A DNA stretch of 64,000 nt, from assembly GCA_963721805.1 (NCBI GenBank), contig CAVRJY010000001.1, forward strand, positions 512,001-576,000, read 5' to 3'. The position numbers were made by a program, and so were the translations under genes. The stretch comes from Nitrospirota bacterium. Its GTDB lineage: Bacteria > Nitrospirota > Thermodesulfovibrionia > Thermodesulfovibrionales > JdFR-86. The notes under the pieces were generated by a model. The model was not told the DNA's origin. It saw only the letters and a program-made list of their open reading frames with translations, and made no database searches. Shown piece after piece: positions 52,201 through 62,160 of the stretch. Every line of letters starts with the position of its first letter. The first letter of the stretch is position 1.

Positions 52201-54572
52201 TATCCTCCGGTGACCAGGACCCTGCCGTCTGGGAGCAGCGTGGCGGTGTGAAGCTGACGGGCCGATAGCATCGGGGCTGCCGGGACGAAGCCTCCGATAG
52301 GCGTGGATACGGTTATCGTGAACGCGGGCAGCGCGGCCGTGGCGCTTCCGTTGCTTGCGGTTATAGTGATTCCGGAGTAAGTGCCTGCGGTGATGGGCGT
52401 TCCGTCCAGCGTGCCGGTTGTCGTATTGAAGATCAGGCCCGGCGGCACGCTGCCTGTGATCGAGAAGCTCGCTGCGTTTGTCGCGACCGGCGTGAAGGCG
52501 TAGGGCACTCCTATGGCCGCACCGGTTGGCGGTGTGCCGCTTATAGTTGGCGCTGGCGGTGTGACCGTGATCGAAAAGACCGGGAGCAGCGCCGAGCCGC
52601 TGCCGTTTATCGCGCGCAAGATTATTCCGTTATAGAGCCCTGCAGGGGTTGCGATTCCGCTTAATGTGCCATCCGTAGTATTGAAATCCGCCCATGCGGG
52701 CTTGTTAAGGATCGAGAAACTTGTGGCGTTGCTTGATGATGGGGTGAAGCTGTATGAATCCCCGACGGTCGCGCTCGATGCCGGCGTCCCGCTGATCATG
52801 GGCGGGGCTATCAGGACCGTGATCGAGAATTCGGGGAGAGACGCCGAGCCCGCGCTGTTGAAAGCGGTTATAATGATGCCGCTGTACGAGCCTGCGCTCT
52901 CCGGTGTGCCGCTAAGTGCGCCGTTGGCCGTATCGAAGTCCGCCCACGCGGGTTCATTAAGTATGCCGAAACTCGCGGCATCGGTCGCGGTCGGTGTAAA
53001 ACTGTATCCGTCCCCCGTGGTCACGGCCGTGGCCGGAGTCCCGCCGATGGCAGGCGGGGCCAGGGCGAGGGTAGTCGCGCTGAACGTCCCGCTCACGCCG
53101 CCGATCATCAGAGTTGCGGCCGCGACGCTGGAATAAGATGCCGGAGTATGGAGCCTGACCCTGACCGAGTCGCCGTCCTGCACCCAGCCGGTGACATCGG
53201 TAAACCCGCCAGCGTTGACTGAATACTCGCCGCCGATGACCGTGATCGGGGCCGCGACCGAGATCCCGTTTACTGTGATGGGATCTGACGCGACAAGCGC
53301 GCTCGTGGCGGCGTTTGTAGTTGCTGCGAAGGCGAAGCCATCCGGGGTGTCCTCCTCGGCGCCTCCAGCCAGCATCGGGAGCGTGAAGTCCCATATGTAG
53401 CTGTCGTCGCAGTGCATGTATCCGGGGAGGGCCGCCTCGGTGCCGTGGACGTCGTTGCAGCCGCTCGATATGTCACCGGGCAGGTCAGTGTCGTACTCCG
53501 TGCCGTCAAATACGTTGACCTTGAGCCAGTCGTACCGTTGCGCGATCATCGGGCTTTCGAGCGCCGCAGCCCTGAAATCCCTGCCTGCCGTTATATATAC
53601 GTGGAAGGAATCCGCCCAGTCCTCAAGCTGGGGCCCCATGTTTCCGGTGCATCCGTCGTAGCCCGGGTTATAGGCGTACTTCGTTATCCAGTCCATAGGG
53701 CTTGCGCTGCGCCGCGCGTAGCAGCCGCCCGTGGTGCTGTTCGAAAGGTCATACCCGATGCTGTAAAACCCTGTGGTGTTTATCAGGCCGATATGCGGCT
53801 GAAGGCCGTCTTTTGCCCACTTCATGAAGCCGTCGAGGTAGTGGCCGTATTCATGGACTACGGTGCCAACGTGCACCGCGGCGCTCGGCATCCGGCTGTT
53901 ATTGACGAGGGGGTCGAAGTACGCGCCGACGAACCTGTAGTCCGAGGCCATATCGATCGGGACCGGCCATGAGGAGAGCTCCACTGCGGCCGAGTTTTGG
54001 ATGAAACCGTCGCACTGCCCCGCGATGCACTGCACGGTTTCGTATGCCGACATGTGCAGCGACTCGGGCATGACCGAGATCGGGAGGGAATAGATCACTG
54101 CGAGTGTGTCTCTTGAGATATCGTTTGGGTGCAGGGGCTGCATGTGGTCATAAAGCGGGAAATCCGGGGCAAGCGGGGCAAGCATAGCCTCGCGCACGGC
54201 CAGCTGGGCGTCCATCGCGGCCAGACATGTGCTGTCGAGCGAGTTTGAAATCGCGAGGCCGTTATTGGCCTGAAACGCCTTTATAACACGCAACTGCTGG
54301 CCGCTGCCGTAGTTGTAGCCCATCTCGGTCTGGTATCCGAGCATGAAGAGACCGGACATCACCTTGTATGCGAATGAGTCTTTGTTTATATCCCAGTTTG
54401 AGATCCACGCGGGATCATCCATGTCATAAGGGGTGCCGCTTATGACCTGGATGGCGTTCGTGTCAGAGCCGAAAAACTGGGAGTTCAGCGTGTCGGCAAA
54501 GGCGAGGCCGCCCGATATGCATAGGAAGGCCGAAAGCATAATCGCGATCAATGCGGCTGATTTGATTTTCAT
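49245..54572 (-). CDS. 1775-aa secreted multidomain protein: zincin-like HExxH domain, Ig-like repeats, 7 Kelch repeats, six Cys-rich ~99-aa repeats
   Basis: SD AAGGAG, then ATG 54572 and signal peptide MKIKSAAL...AFA. HEYGH at 53841-53855. Repeats are visible in the translation. Confidence 0.88.
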   Translation of the reverse strand: MKIKSAALIAIMLSAFLCISGGLAFADTLNSQFFGSDTNAIQVISGTPYDMDDPAWISNWDINKDSFAYKVMSGLFMLGYQTEMGYNYGSGQQLRVIKAFQANNGLAISNSLDSTCLAAMDAQLAVREAMLAPLAPDFPLYDHMQPLHPNDISRDTLAVIYSLPISVMPESLHMSAYETVQCIAGQCDGFIQNSAAVELSSWPVPIDMASDYRFVGAYFDPLVNNSRMPSAAVHVGTVVHEYGHYLDGFMKWAKDGLQPHIGLINTTGFYSIGYDLSNSTTGGCYARRSASPMDWITKYAYNPGYDGCTGNMGPQLEDWADSFHVYITAGRDFRAAALESPMIAQRYDWLKVNVFDGTEYDTDLPGDISSGCNDVHGTEAALPGYMHCDDSYIWDFTLPMLAGGAEEDTPDGFAFAATTNAATSALVASDPITVNGISVAAPITVIGGEYSVNAGGFTDVTGWVQDGDSVRVRLHTPASYSSVAAATLMIGGVSGTFSATTLALAPPAIGGTPATAVTTGDGYSFTPTATDAASFGILNEPAWADFDTANGALSGTPESAGSYSGIIITAFNSAGSASLPEFSITVLIAPPMISGTPASSATVGDSYSFTPSSSNATSFSILNKPAWADFNTTDGTLSGIATPAGLYNGIILRAINGSGSALLPVFSITVTPPAPTISGTPPTGAAIGVPYAFTPVATNAASFSITGSVPPGLIFNTTTGTLDGTPITAGTYSGITITASNGSATAALPAFTITVSTPIGGFVPAAPMLSARQLHTATLLPDGRVLVTGGYADNGLLSSAELYDPAADTWSPAAPMLAERADHSATLLKNGKVLIASGSDMSGEVYDPATGSWSATGPMSDMHGGPAAALLANGKVLVAGGMNWDGSTNTAELFNPADNTWSTIDPMLDYRYKPAVATLPDGRVLIAGGYGWEGPLASAEIFDPADNSWSAAGTMTDARYVATAALLPDGKVLVAGGFNQSDALATAEIYDPAENSWSQAETMYTGRYGQGATLVQGKVLVSGGGNGYDSYRSAELYDPSSKGWQFAGPMQDARSFQTSTLLNDGRVLVAGGTAAIDSLSSAELYEHHDLTVDITGSGSVSPDKGAIEWSGSTGTAFYASGSTVTLTATPGAGFVFTGWTGCSSPVGSTCPILISGAKTVSAAFATNAPPVTTASTAGYTFGTWSISNSINVTLSAADGAGPGIAAGYPKYCMDLTNTCSPSTSYTAAIKVNCAAGTTCTQYVRYQSKDTIGNTEAIKNAIVKQDLQAPVSAPSATGYTFGAWSMSNSISVALSATDGAGGSGLAAGYPKYCVDAANTCATAISYTTAIKVNCAAGTNCTQYVRYQSKDKAGNAEGLKGVVVKQDVQAPVSIAAASGYTFGAWSISNSINVTLSAADGAGSGLAAGYPKYCVDAANTCTPATSYTAAVKVNCAAGTTCTQYFRYQSKDKAGNSEAVKSAAVRQDVGAKPVTAASAAGYTFGTWSMSNSISVTLSAADGSGIATGYPKYCVDKTNTCAPATSYVAGAIKATCAAYSACMQYVRYQSRDNAGNVEAVRSSVVKQDLQAPGTTPTAAGYTFGTWSISSSISVTLISSDGAGSGIAAGFPKYCVDKANTCTPGASYSTAFKVNCAAGTACTQYIRYQTKDKLGNTTTVKSATVKQDVGAKPVTTASAAGYTFGALSSSNSISVTLTATDGSGSGIATGFPKYCVDKANACTPATSYSTAFKVNCASGSTCTQYVRYQSKDKAGNTEGVKTSTVKQKTASASGMSNNTQP
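49290..51070 (-). repeat. Six tandem ~297-bp intragenic repeats
   Basis: The unit GYTFG.WS.SNSI.VTLSA.DG..SG.A.GYPKYC-x6-C...C-x5-C.QYVRYQSKD.AGN occurs six times. Confidence 0.9.
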
Positions 54573-54649
54573 CGCAGGCGATCTCCTTGCCAGGCGTTTT
54601 TGTGCACACCCCTGACACACCAATCCTATAGCAAGTTGAGTGTAATTGC

Positions 54650-54665
54650 TGTGATACAACTCACA
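54650..54665. promoter_or_regulatory. Perfect CRP-type box upstream of the giant secreted protein
   Basis: TGTGA-tacaac-TCACA, centred at -41.5 relative to a minus-strand -10 TAGGAT (54628-54623). Confidence 0.75.
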
Positions 54666-54712
54666 TTTCGGCAAAATGGGAATAATTATTAACAAAAGGG
54701 GGGCAGCGAAGG

Positions 54713-55960
54713 CTACCCCCGCAGGAGGTCGGCAAGCAAGAGCACGTTTAGCGCTATCACGACAGCGACTATCGCCCAGAGCGTGGCCTTCGTAGGCGCG
54801 CGGTTGGCGAACTTGCCCATGACGGCCTTCGACGACGTCAGCCAGACGAGCGCTATAGCGGTCCAGGGCAGCTGTATGCTCAGCGCTATCTGGCTCCAGA
54901 TGATCCCGGTGAAGGGGTCGCGAAGGAGGAATATCGCCCCGAGCGCGCCGATCAGGGTGATGAGCACCCCTGCCTTCGAGTGGCTGTCCCTGATGTCGAA
55001 GGGCTCCATGTACATCCCTGCGAATATGCTCCCGCCGGCCAGCCCGGCCGTGATCGAGGACGAGAACCCGGCGAATATGAGCGCGAGCGCGAATACGGTC
55101 GAGGCCGGAGCGCCGAGGAGCGGCCGCAGCGTCTCCTGCGCCTGCTGAAGCTCGGTCACCTCTATGTGGTTCGTAAAAAACACGGCCGCCGCGACCAGTA
55201 TCATCGCGCTGTTGATGGCCCAGCCAAGAAGCATCGCAAACAGCGTGTCCGTGAACTCGAACTTCAGCTGACGGCGGATCACGTCCTCGCCTGCCAGGTT
55301 CCACTGCCTGCTTTGGATGATCTCGGAGTGCAGGAAGAGGTTGTGCGGCATCACGACCGCGCCTAGCACGCTCATCATTATCGGGATCGAACCGGCCGGG
55401 ATCGAGGGCGTGACCCAGCTTAACGCGGCCGCTCCCCAGTTAAGCTTCACTATCGCGAGTTCAAACAGAAAGGCGATGCCCACGAGCGAGACGAACCCTA
55501 TTATCCAGCGCTCGATCAGGCGGTATCCGCTGCTAAGCAGCATCCAAGCGCCAACCGCGACGGTCAGGCCCGATCCAATTCCAAGCGGCATGCCGAAGAG
55601 CATATTAAGCCCTATCGCGGTCCCAAGGACCTCGGCCAGCGCCGTAGAGACCGAAGCCGCGACCGCGCTTAGCAGAAACACGCGGCTTACGGGCCGGCTG
55701 AAGGTCTTGGTGCTGGCCTCGGCCAGACAGAGGCCGGTGGCGATGCCGAGGTGTGCGGCATTGTGCTGCAGGACGAAGAGCATGTAGGTCGAGAGCGTGA
55801 CCATCCAGAGCATCGAGTACCCGAAGCGCGATCCGGCCGCGATGTTCGAGGCCCAGTTGCCCGGGTCGATGAACCCCACCGTGACGAGCAGGCCGGGGCC
55901 TATGTACTTTAGGACTTCGAGCGCGCCGAGGCCTGGCCTATGCATGCCTTTGAAAAACAT
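54713..55960 (-). CDS. mntH: Nramp divalent metal (Mn/Fe) transporter
   Basis: GFIDPGNW and GAVVMPHNLFLHS motifs. Confidence 0.92.
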   Translation of the reverse strand: MFFKGMHRPGLGALEVLKYIGPGLLVTVGFIDPGNWASNIAAGSRFGYSMLWMVTLSTYMLFVLQHNAAHLGIATGLCLAEASTKTFSRPVSRVFLLSAVAASVSTALAEVLGTAIGLNMLFGMPLGIGSGLTVAVGAWMLLSSGYRLIERWIIGFVSLVGIAFLFELAIVKLNWGAAALSWVTPSIPAGSIPIMMSVLGAVVMPHNLFLHSEIIQSRQWNLAGEDVIRRQLKFEFTDTLFAMLLGWAINSAMILVAAAVFFTNHIEVTELQQAQETLRPLLGAPASTVFALALIFAGFSSSITAGLAGGSIFAGMYMEPFDIRDSHSKAGVLITLIGALGAIFLLRDPFTGIIWSQIALSIQLPWTAIALVWLTSSKAVMGKFANRAPTKATLWAIVAVVIALNVLLLADLLRG

Positions 55961-55996
55961 GGTGATAGTTTACAGGATGAGGCGTAGGGAGGCTAT

Positions 55997-58048
55997 CTAT
56001 TCCTGAAGTTTCGAGATGTCCGCCGCGGCCGAGGCCATGGCCCATATCGCGCTTAGCAGAGCGAGGCGGTTGTCGCGCACGGACTCGTCTTTGTCCATCA
56101 CGAGGACTTTTTCGAAGAACGTATTTATCGGCTCGGTGATCGGTCTCATCGCAAGCAGAGCCTCGCTGAAGGCGCCACGGGCGCCCTTCTCCAAGGCATC
56201 CGAGTATGCCACGCCATAAGCCTTATATAGCGCGCGCTCCTCATGGGTCTGGAAAAACGACTCGTCCACAGGCGGCAGCGCGTGGCCGGGGATGATGTTG
56301 CGGGCCCGTTTTATCGCGATCAGAAACGGCGTATACCACGCCTCGCGCTTGAAGGCCGTGACCGCATCGCAGCGCGCCCTGAGCGTCGATAGCGGTTGCG
56401 TCGTAACAAACGGGAGCACCGACTGCACGACATCGTATGAATATCCCATTGAACCCAGAAGCGGCTCGAACCTCTGCTCGAAGAACGCGCGTATATCGGC
56501 CCCGGTCGAGGCAGGCGCCTTATTGAGCCCCTTAAGCGCGATGGCGGTCATCTCGCCAAGCGTGACCGGATAGCCCCGCTCCATCAATATCGCGATGACC
56601 GCGAGGCTGTGGCGCCTAAGAGCGAAGGGGTCCTCGGAACCCGTCGGCTTAAGCCCTATCGAGAAAAACGCCGCGATGTTATCCATCCTGTCAGCGAGGC
56701 TCACAACAGCGCCAAGATCGGTCTCGGGCACCTTTGCCCCCGAGCCAAGCGGCATATACTGCTCCTTGAGCGCGAGAGCGACGTCCCTGCCTTCTTCTTC
56801 GGCGTAGTACATCCCCATGATGCCCTGAAGCTCCGGGAACTCGCGCACGACGCCGCTTATGAGATCGCACTTCGATATCGAGGCTGCGCGCTGTGCGCTG
56901 GCTTTCTTGTCCGGGCAGATTAGATCAGCCAGAGAGCCCGCCAATTTCTCCATGCGCACTAGCTTGTCATATACCGAGCCGAGCTTGTCCTGGAACGTGA
57001 CCTTGCGGAGCTCCTCGCGCCTGCCGTGCAGCGGGTGGCGGAGGTCGTCCTTGAAGTAGAACCTCGCGTCGTCGAAGCGGGCCTTTATGACGCGGTGTGC
57101 GCCGCTGCGCACGGTCTCGGCGTTCTCCACTTTGGTGTTGCTCGTGATGATGAAGTGGTTTAGCAGCTTGCCGCCAGCGTCCGCTATCGAGAAATATTTC
57201 TGGTGTCCGCGCATCACGGCGGTCAGGAGTTCGTCAGGCAATTCAAGGTACTCGGCCGAGAACGTGCCCATAACGGGCACCGGGGACTCGACGAGACAGG
57301 ACACGATCGAGAGAAGCTCCTCGTCCTCGACGAGCGTGCCGCCGACGCTCCGGGCCAGCTCCCTTGCGCCCTCGGCGATCATGCGCTCCCTTTCGGCCTT
57401 GTCCACGACGACCGAGCGTGCCGCTAGTTCCGCTGCATAGGTATCCGCATCAGTAAACGAGAACTCCTCGGGGCTCAGGAACCTGTGGCCCCGGCTGGTG
57501 CGGCCGCTGGTAAGGCCTTCAAGTCCGAAAGTTACGGTATCAGCGCCATAGAGCGCAGCGATCCAGTGTATGGGCCGGACGAACTTCATCGTCCCGTCGC
57601 CCCAGCGCATGGACTTCGGGAAGTGCAGCGAGGTCACGATCTTCTTTAGAAGCTCGGGCAGGACATCCGGCGTCGGGCGGCCCTTGTCCTCGATCACCGC
57701 GACGACATACTCGCCCTTGTCCCTGGTCTTGACGATGAGCCTCGACATTTCGACGCCAGATGTACGGGCGAAGCCCTCGGCGGCCTTGGTAGGTTTGCCG
57801 TCCAGGGTGAACGCGGCCCTCTTCGGGGGGCCGAACGCCTCGCGCACGCGGTCGGGCTGCATCTGTGGGACATCCTGTATTATCACCGCCATACGGCGCG
57901 GCGTGGCGTATGTCTGTATCTCGCCGAACGTTAGCGCTGCGTCCTTTAGCCCTGCCTCAGCGAGCTCGCGCAGCATGCGGAGCGCCGGGGGTATGAACCT
58001 GGCCGGGACCTCCTCGACGCCTATCTCCAGAAGGATGCTCTTAGACAC
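55997..58048 (-). CDS. glyS: Glycyl-tRNA synthetase beta
   Basis: [30 protein letters not shown] and NRLALL motifs. Confidence 0.96.
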   Translation of the reverse strand: MSKSILLEIGVEEVPARFIPPALRMLRELAEAGLKDAALTFGEIQTYATPRRMAVIIQDVPQMQPDRVREAFGPPKRAAFTLDGKPTKAAEGFARTSGVEMSRLIVKTRDKGEYVVAVIEDKGRPTPDVLPELLKKIVTSLHFPKSMRWGDGTMKFVRPIHWIAALYGADTVTFGLEGLTSGRTSRGHRFLSPEEFSFTDADTYAAELAARSVVVDKAERERMIAEGARELARSVGGTLVEDEELLSIVSCLVESPVPVMGTFSAEYLELPDELLTAVMRGHQKYFSIADAGGKLLNHFIITSNTKVENAETVRSGAHRVIKARFDDARFYFKDDLRHPLHGRREELRKVTFQDKLGSVYDKLVRMEKLAGSLADLICPDKKASAQRAASISKCDLISGVVREFPELQGIMGMYYAEEEGRDVALALKEQYMPLGSGAKVPETDLGAVVSLADRMDNIAAFFSIGLKPTGSEDPFALRRHSLAVIAILMERGYPVTLGEMTAIALKGLNKAPASTGADIRAFFEQRFEPLLGSMGYSYDVVQSVLPFVTTQPLSTLRARCDAVTAFKREAWYTPFLIAIKRARNIIPGHALPPVDESFFQTHEERALYKAYGVAYSDALEKGARGAFSEALLAMRPITEPINTFFEKVLVMDKDESVRDNRLALLSAIWAMASAAADISKLQE

Positions 58049-58925
58049 TGCCCCAACCCCCGTGCAGGAGCGGATGATTCATCTCCTCGCGCTGCTTGTG
58101 GAAGGCCTCGGCGCACATCCGCGCCACGGTGCGCACGCGCGCTATATATCCCGTGCGCTCGGTAACGGAGATCGCCCCGCGCGCGTCTAAGAGGTTGAAG
58201 TGGTGCGAGCACTTAAGGCAGCACTCGTACGCCGGGGTGACTAAACCGGCCTTGATAAGCCGCTTGCACTCGCTTTCGTAGGTCTCGAACTGGCGCATCA
58301 GGACGTCCGGGTCCGACAGGTCGAAGTTGTACTTCGAGCCCTCGACCTCGGTCATATGGTGTACGTCGCCGTATTTGAGGTGCTTCGACCACTGCAGGTC
58401 GTAGACGCTGCTTACGCCTTGAAGGTACATCGCAATGCGCTCTAACCCGTAAGTGATCTCGACCGTTACCGGCTTGAGGTCTATGCCGCCGACCTGCTGG
58501 AAGTACGTAAACTGCGTGATCTCCATCCCGTCGAGCCAGACCTCCCACCCGAGCCCCCATGCGCCGAGGGTCGGGGATTCCCAGTCGTCCTCGACAAAGC
58601 GGATGTCGTGCTTCGCCGCTTCGATGCCGATCTCCGCGAGACTTTTTAAATAGATCTCCTGGCTGTCGATCTGCGAGGGTTTTATCACGACCTGATACTG
58701 GTAGTAGTGCTGGAGGCGGTTGGGGTTCTCTCCATACCTGCCGTCGGTCGGCCTGCGCGAGGGCTGCACGTATGCGGCGGCCCAAGGCTCGGGCCCCAGC
58801 ACGCGGAAGAACGTAGCCGGATGGAAAGTCCCGGCGCCTACCTCGCTGTCGTATGACTGCATCAGCGCGCAGCCGTAGTCCGACCAGTAGCGGTTGAGCC
58901 TCAGGATCATCTCTTGAAACAGCAT
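58041..58925 (-). CDS. glyQ: Glycyl-tRNA synthetase alpha
   Basis: [19 protein letters not shown] and EITYGLER motifs; start MLFQEMI. Confidence 0.96.
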   Translation of the reverse strand: MLFQEMILRLNRYWSDYGCALMQSYDSEVGAGTFHPATFFRVLGPEPWAAAYVQPSRRPTDGRYGENPNRLQHYYQYQVVIKPSQIDSQEIYLKSLAEIGIEAAKHDIRFVEDDWESPTLGAWGLGWEVWLDGMEITQFTYFQQVGGIDLKPVTVEITYGLERIAMYLQGVSSVYDLQWSKHLKYGDVHHMTEVEGSKYNFDLSDPDVLMRQFETYESECKRLIKAGLVTPAYECCLKCSHHFNLLDARGAISVTERTGYIARVRTVARMCAEAFHKQREEMNHPLLHGGWGSV

Positions 58926-58966
58926 AGTCAAGGATGTTAAATAAAGGGCGGCAGGTTTGTCAAAGG

Positions 58967-60196
58967 CTATTCGTATCTGAGGGCCTGTATCGGATTCAGC
59001 AGCGAGGCCTTCCAGGCCGGATAGAACCCGAAGAACACCCCTACGAGCCCCGAGAACCCGAACGCAAGTATGACCGAGAAGGGCGATACGATAGTGGCCC
59101 ATCCGGTAAAGGACGACACGAGCATCGAGCCCCCGACACCGAGCAGTATCCCCATCAGCCCGCCCATGAGCGAGAGGATCACGGCCTCGACCAGAAACTG
59201 CATCCTGATGTCCCATGTCCGCGCGCCGACCGCCATGCGTATGCCGATCTCGCGCGTGCGCTCCGTAACCGAAACCAGCATGATGTTCATGATCCCGATG
59301 CCGCCCACCAGGAGCGATACCGAGGCTATAGCGCCCAGCAGGAGCGTCATGGTCTGCGAGGACTTCTGCGCGGTCTCCATGAGCTGCGAGAGGTTGCGGA
59401 CGGTGAAGTCGTCGTCCTGCCTGTTGGATATGTGGTGGCGCTGCCTTAGCAGCGCGGTGATCTGGTCCTGCGCCGGCCCGAGTTCCTCCGGGCCCCTGGC
59501 CTTGATCATGATGATGTTCACCATGCCCGGGAAGGTCGTGCCGAAGAGCATCTTTTGCGCGACCGTGACCGGGACCATTATGGTGTCGTCCTGGTCGCTG
59601 CCGTTGGCGGACTGGCCCTTTTCGGCGAGCACACCGATGACGAGAAACGGCCTGTTGGCGATCCGGATCGACTGCCCCACCGGGTCGGAATCCCCAAAGA
59701 GGTTCTCCGCCACGGTCTGGCCGAGTATCGCGACCTTGCTGGAGTTTCTGACCTCCTCGTCCGTAAACGGCCGCCCGGAGGCGAGGTCCCAGTCCCGGAC
59801 CAGCAGCATATTGGGCGTCGTGCCGCTGACGCCTGTGGACCAGTTCTGGTTTCCGTATACGATCTGGGCGACCTTGCCGTAGTGCGGCGCTGCATAGAGC
59901 ACGGCCGGACAGTCGCGCATTATCGCGTCGGCGTCGAAGCTCGTGAGCGTCGACTGCGAGCCCGCGCCCATGCGCACGCCGCCCGCCGTGGTCGTGCCAG
60001 GGATGATGATCAGCAGGTTGCTGCCCATCGTGGCTATCTGGTCGGCGATGCGCTTGCTTGCGCCGCTTCCGAGCGCTATCATCGCTATGACCGCACCGAC
60101 GCCGATGATTATCCCCAGCAGCGTAAGCGCCGAGCGCATCTTGTTGATCCTGATCGCCCTTAGCGAGATCTTAAACGCGGAGGAAATGTTCACCAT
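58967..60196 (-). CDS. MacB-type ABC permease
   Basis: [13 protein letters not shown] and [24 protein letters not shown] motifs. Confidence 0.93.
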   Translation of the reverse strand: MVNISSAFKISLRAIRINKMRSALTLLGIIIGVGAVIAMIALGSGASKRIADQIATMGSNLLIIIPGTTTAGGVRMGAGSQSTLTSFDADAIMRDCPAVLYAAPHYGKVAQIVYGNQNWSTGVSGTTPNMLLVRDWDLASGRPFTDEEVRNSSKVAILGQTVAENLFGDSDPVGQSIRIANRPFLVIGVLAEKGQSANGSDQDDTIMVPVTVAQKMLFGTTFPGMVNIIMIKARGPEELGPAQDQITALLRQRHHISNRQDDDFTVRNLSQLMETAQKSSQTMTLLLGAIASVSLLVGGIGIMNIMLVSVTERTREIGIRMAVGARTWDIRMQFLVEAVILSLMGGLMGILLGVGGSMLVSSFTGWATIVSPFSVILAFGFSGLVGVFFGFYPAWKASLLNPIQALRYE

Positions 60197-60202
60197 GGCC
60201 GG

Positions 60203-60892
60203 TTACCTCACCGTCTCGTCTTCGATCAGGCGGCCGTCTCTAAACCTAATCACCCTGCGGCAGCGCGCCGCGATGTCCGGCTCGTGAGTGACGAGGATGA
60301 CCGTGATATTGCTCTCGGCGTTCAGGCGGTCAAAGAGGCCCATGATTTCAACGCTGGTCTTGGTGTCGAGGTTTCCGGTAGGCTCGTCGGCCATGATTAT
60401 CGGGGGCGAGTTGACGAGCGACCTCGCTATCGCCACCCGCTGCTGCTGGCCGCCCGAAAGCTGGTTGGGATGGTGGTGGATGCGGTCGCCCAGGCCTACG
60501 CGGTTGAGGGCCTCCCTGGCCAGATCGTGCCTTTCGTGCGCCGGGATGCCGTCGGCGTACAGAAGCGGGAGTTCGACGTTCTCGAGGGCCGAGGTGCGGG
60601 CTAGGAGGTTAAACCCCTGAAACACGAACCCGATCTTCTTGTTGCGGATGCTGGCAAGCTCGTCACGGCCGAGGTCGCCCACGTCGATGCCCTCAAGCAG
60701 GTACGTGCCGCTAGTCGGCGTATCGAGGCACCCGATTATGTTCATGAAGGTGGACTTGCCGGAGCCGGACGGGCCCATGATCGCGGTGAACTCGCCGCGC
60801 TCGATCCCGACCGTGACGTCCTGAAGCGCGGGTAGCCCGCCCTCGCCGACGTCATATACCTTGATGAGATCGCGGACGTCTATGATCGGCAT
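60203..60892 (-). CDS. MacB/LolD-type ABC ATPase
   Basis: [17 protein letters not shown] and ADEPTGNLD motifs. Confidence 0.94.
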   Translation of the reverse strand: MPIIDVRDLIKVYDVGEGGLPALQDVTVGIERGEFTAIMGPSGSGKSTFMNIIGCLDTPTSGTYLLEGIDVGDLGRDELASIRNKKIGFVFQGFNLLARTSALENVELPLLYADGIPAHERHDLAREALNRVGLGDRIHHHPNQLSGGQQQRVAIARSLVNSPPIIMADEPTGNLDTKTSVEIMGLFDRLNAESNITVILVTHEPDIAARCRRVIRFRDGRLIEDETVR

Positions 60893-62083
60893 CTAGAATC
60901 CCCTGGGTAATCGTGGCGCGGCGGAGTCCGGCTTGCCCTGCAACTTCTCCTCTACGATTAGCTGGTCGCCTTCCTTCACGTCTCCGGTCAGGAGCTCGGT
61001 AAACCTCGAATCACTGATCCCGAGCGTGACAGGCACGCGCAAGGCCTTGCCGTCGCGGAGCACCCAGACGGCCTTGCCTGCACCGCGTACCGGCTTGCCG
61101 CCGCCCTGCGGCTGGGCGGGTTTGCTCGGCGCATAACGGAGCGCCGCGTTGGGAAGCCTGATGACGCCGGTCTTTTGCATGACCTTGATCGTCACGTTGG
61201 CGGTCATGCCGGGCTTTAGTTTGAGGTCGGGGTTGTCCACATGCACCACGGCATTATACGTGACTACGTTTTGGACGACGAGCGGGGCGTTTCTGACCTC
61301 GTATATCGTCCCGTGGAAGACCTTATCCGGGTATGCGTCGACCGTGAACTCCACGTCCTGCCCGGCCTCGACGCGGCCTATGTCGGCCTCTGCCACGTTG
61401 CTGTCGACCTCCATCTTGGTCAGGTCGTGCGCGATGCTGTAGAGTGTGGGGGTCTGGAAGCTCGCGGCCACGGTCTGGCCGGCATCGACGTTGCGGGCGA
61501 TGACGATGCCGTCCACCGGCGAGACGATTCGCGTGTATCTGAGGTTGGCCGACGCCGTGGCGACAGACGCCTGGGCCTGGCTGACCTGGCCCTTCGCGGC
61601 CTCGACCTGAGTTGCCGCGGTATCGTTTGCGAGCGCGGCGGCGTCATAATCGGCCTGCGCTATCAGCCCGGCGTCCACCATAAGTTTGTTGCGGCCCAGC
61701 GTGCGCTCGGCGTCTTTCTGCGTGGCTATTGCCTTCAGCAGATTGGCGCGCGCGGATACGAGGGCCGCCTTGTTCTGGTCGAGCTGGGCCTGGTATAGCG
61801 TGGGGTCTATCTGGGCGATGAGCTGCCCCTGCTTGACCACCGTGTTGTAGTCGGCGTATATCTTCTGGATCGTGCCCGAGACCTGCGTGCCGACAGAGAC
61901 CATGATCACGGAATTGACATTGCCTGTCGCGGTGACTACAGCCTCGATATCGCCGCGCGACGCGGGTTCGGTCTTGAAGATGGGCTCGGACTTGCCGCTT
62001 CTGAACATGAGATAGCCCCCGGCGCCTAGCGAGGCAACGAGCAATACTACGATGACATTCCAGAGAGCGGAGCGTTTGGTCAT
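60893..62083 (-). CDS. MacA-like efflux periplasmic adaptor
   Basis: VGTQVSG, SPVDG..GQTVAASFQTP and LKPGMTA motifs. Confidence 0.9.
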   Translation of the reverse strand: MTKRSALWNVIVVLLVASLGAGGYLMFRSGKSEPIFKTEPASRGDIEAVVTATGNVNSVIMVSVGTQVSGTIQKIYADYNTVVKQGQLIAQIDPTLYQAQLDQNKAALVSARANLLKAIATQKDAERTLGRNKLMVDAGLIAQADYDAAALANDTAATQVEAAKGQVSQAQASVATASANLRYTRIVSPVDGIVIARNVDAGQTVAASFQTPTLYSIAHDLTKMEVDSNVAEADIGRVEAGQDVEFTVDAYPDKVFHGTIYEVRNAPLVVQNVVTYNAVVHVDNPDLKLKPGMTANVTIKVMQKTGVIRLPNAALRYAPSKPAQPQGGGKPVRGAGKAVWVLRDGKALRVPVTLGISDSRFTELLTGDVKEGDQLIVEEKLQGKPDSAAPRLPRGF

Positions 62084-62160
62084 GTTAGCAAACACTAACA
62101 TAGGAGCCCATAGAAATGCAAACCTCGCGGGCCCCGGGCGTGGCGTATTGCTGCGGCCTC

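Noticed and set aside
54573..55304. 244-codon N-terminal extension of the 2019-aa ORF overlapping mntH
   Set aside because: An Arg/Gly-rich shadow frame of a GC-rich gene. The real start at 54572 has an SD, a signal peptide and its own promoter.
58926..59216. N-terminal extension of glyQ in the ORF track
   Set aside because: It overlaps the ABC permease in another frame. GlyQ homology starts at MLFQE (58925).
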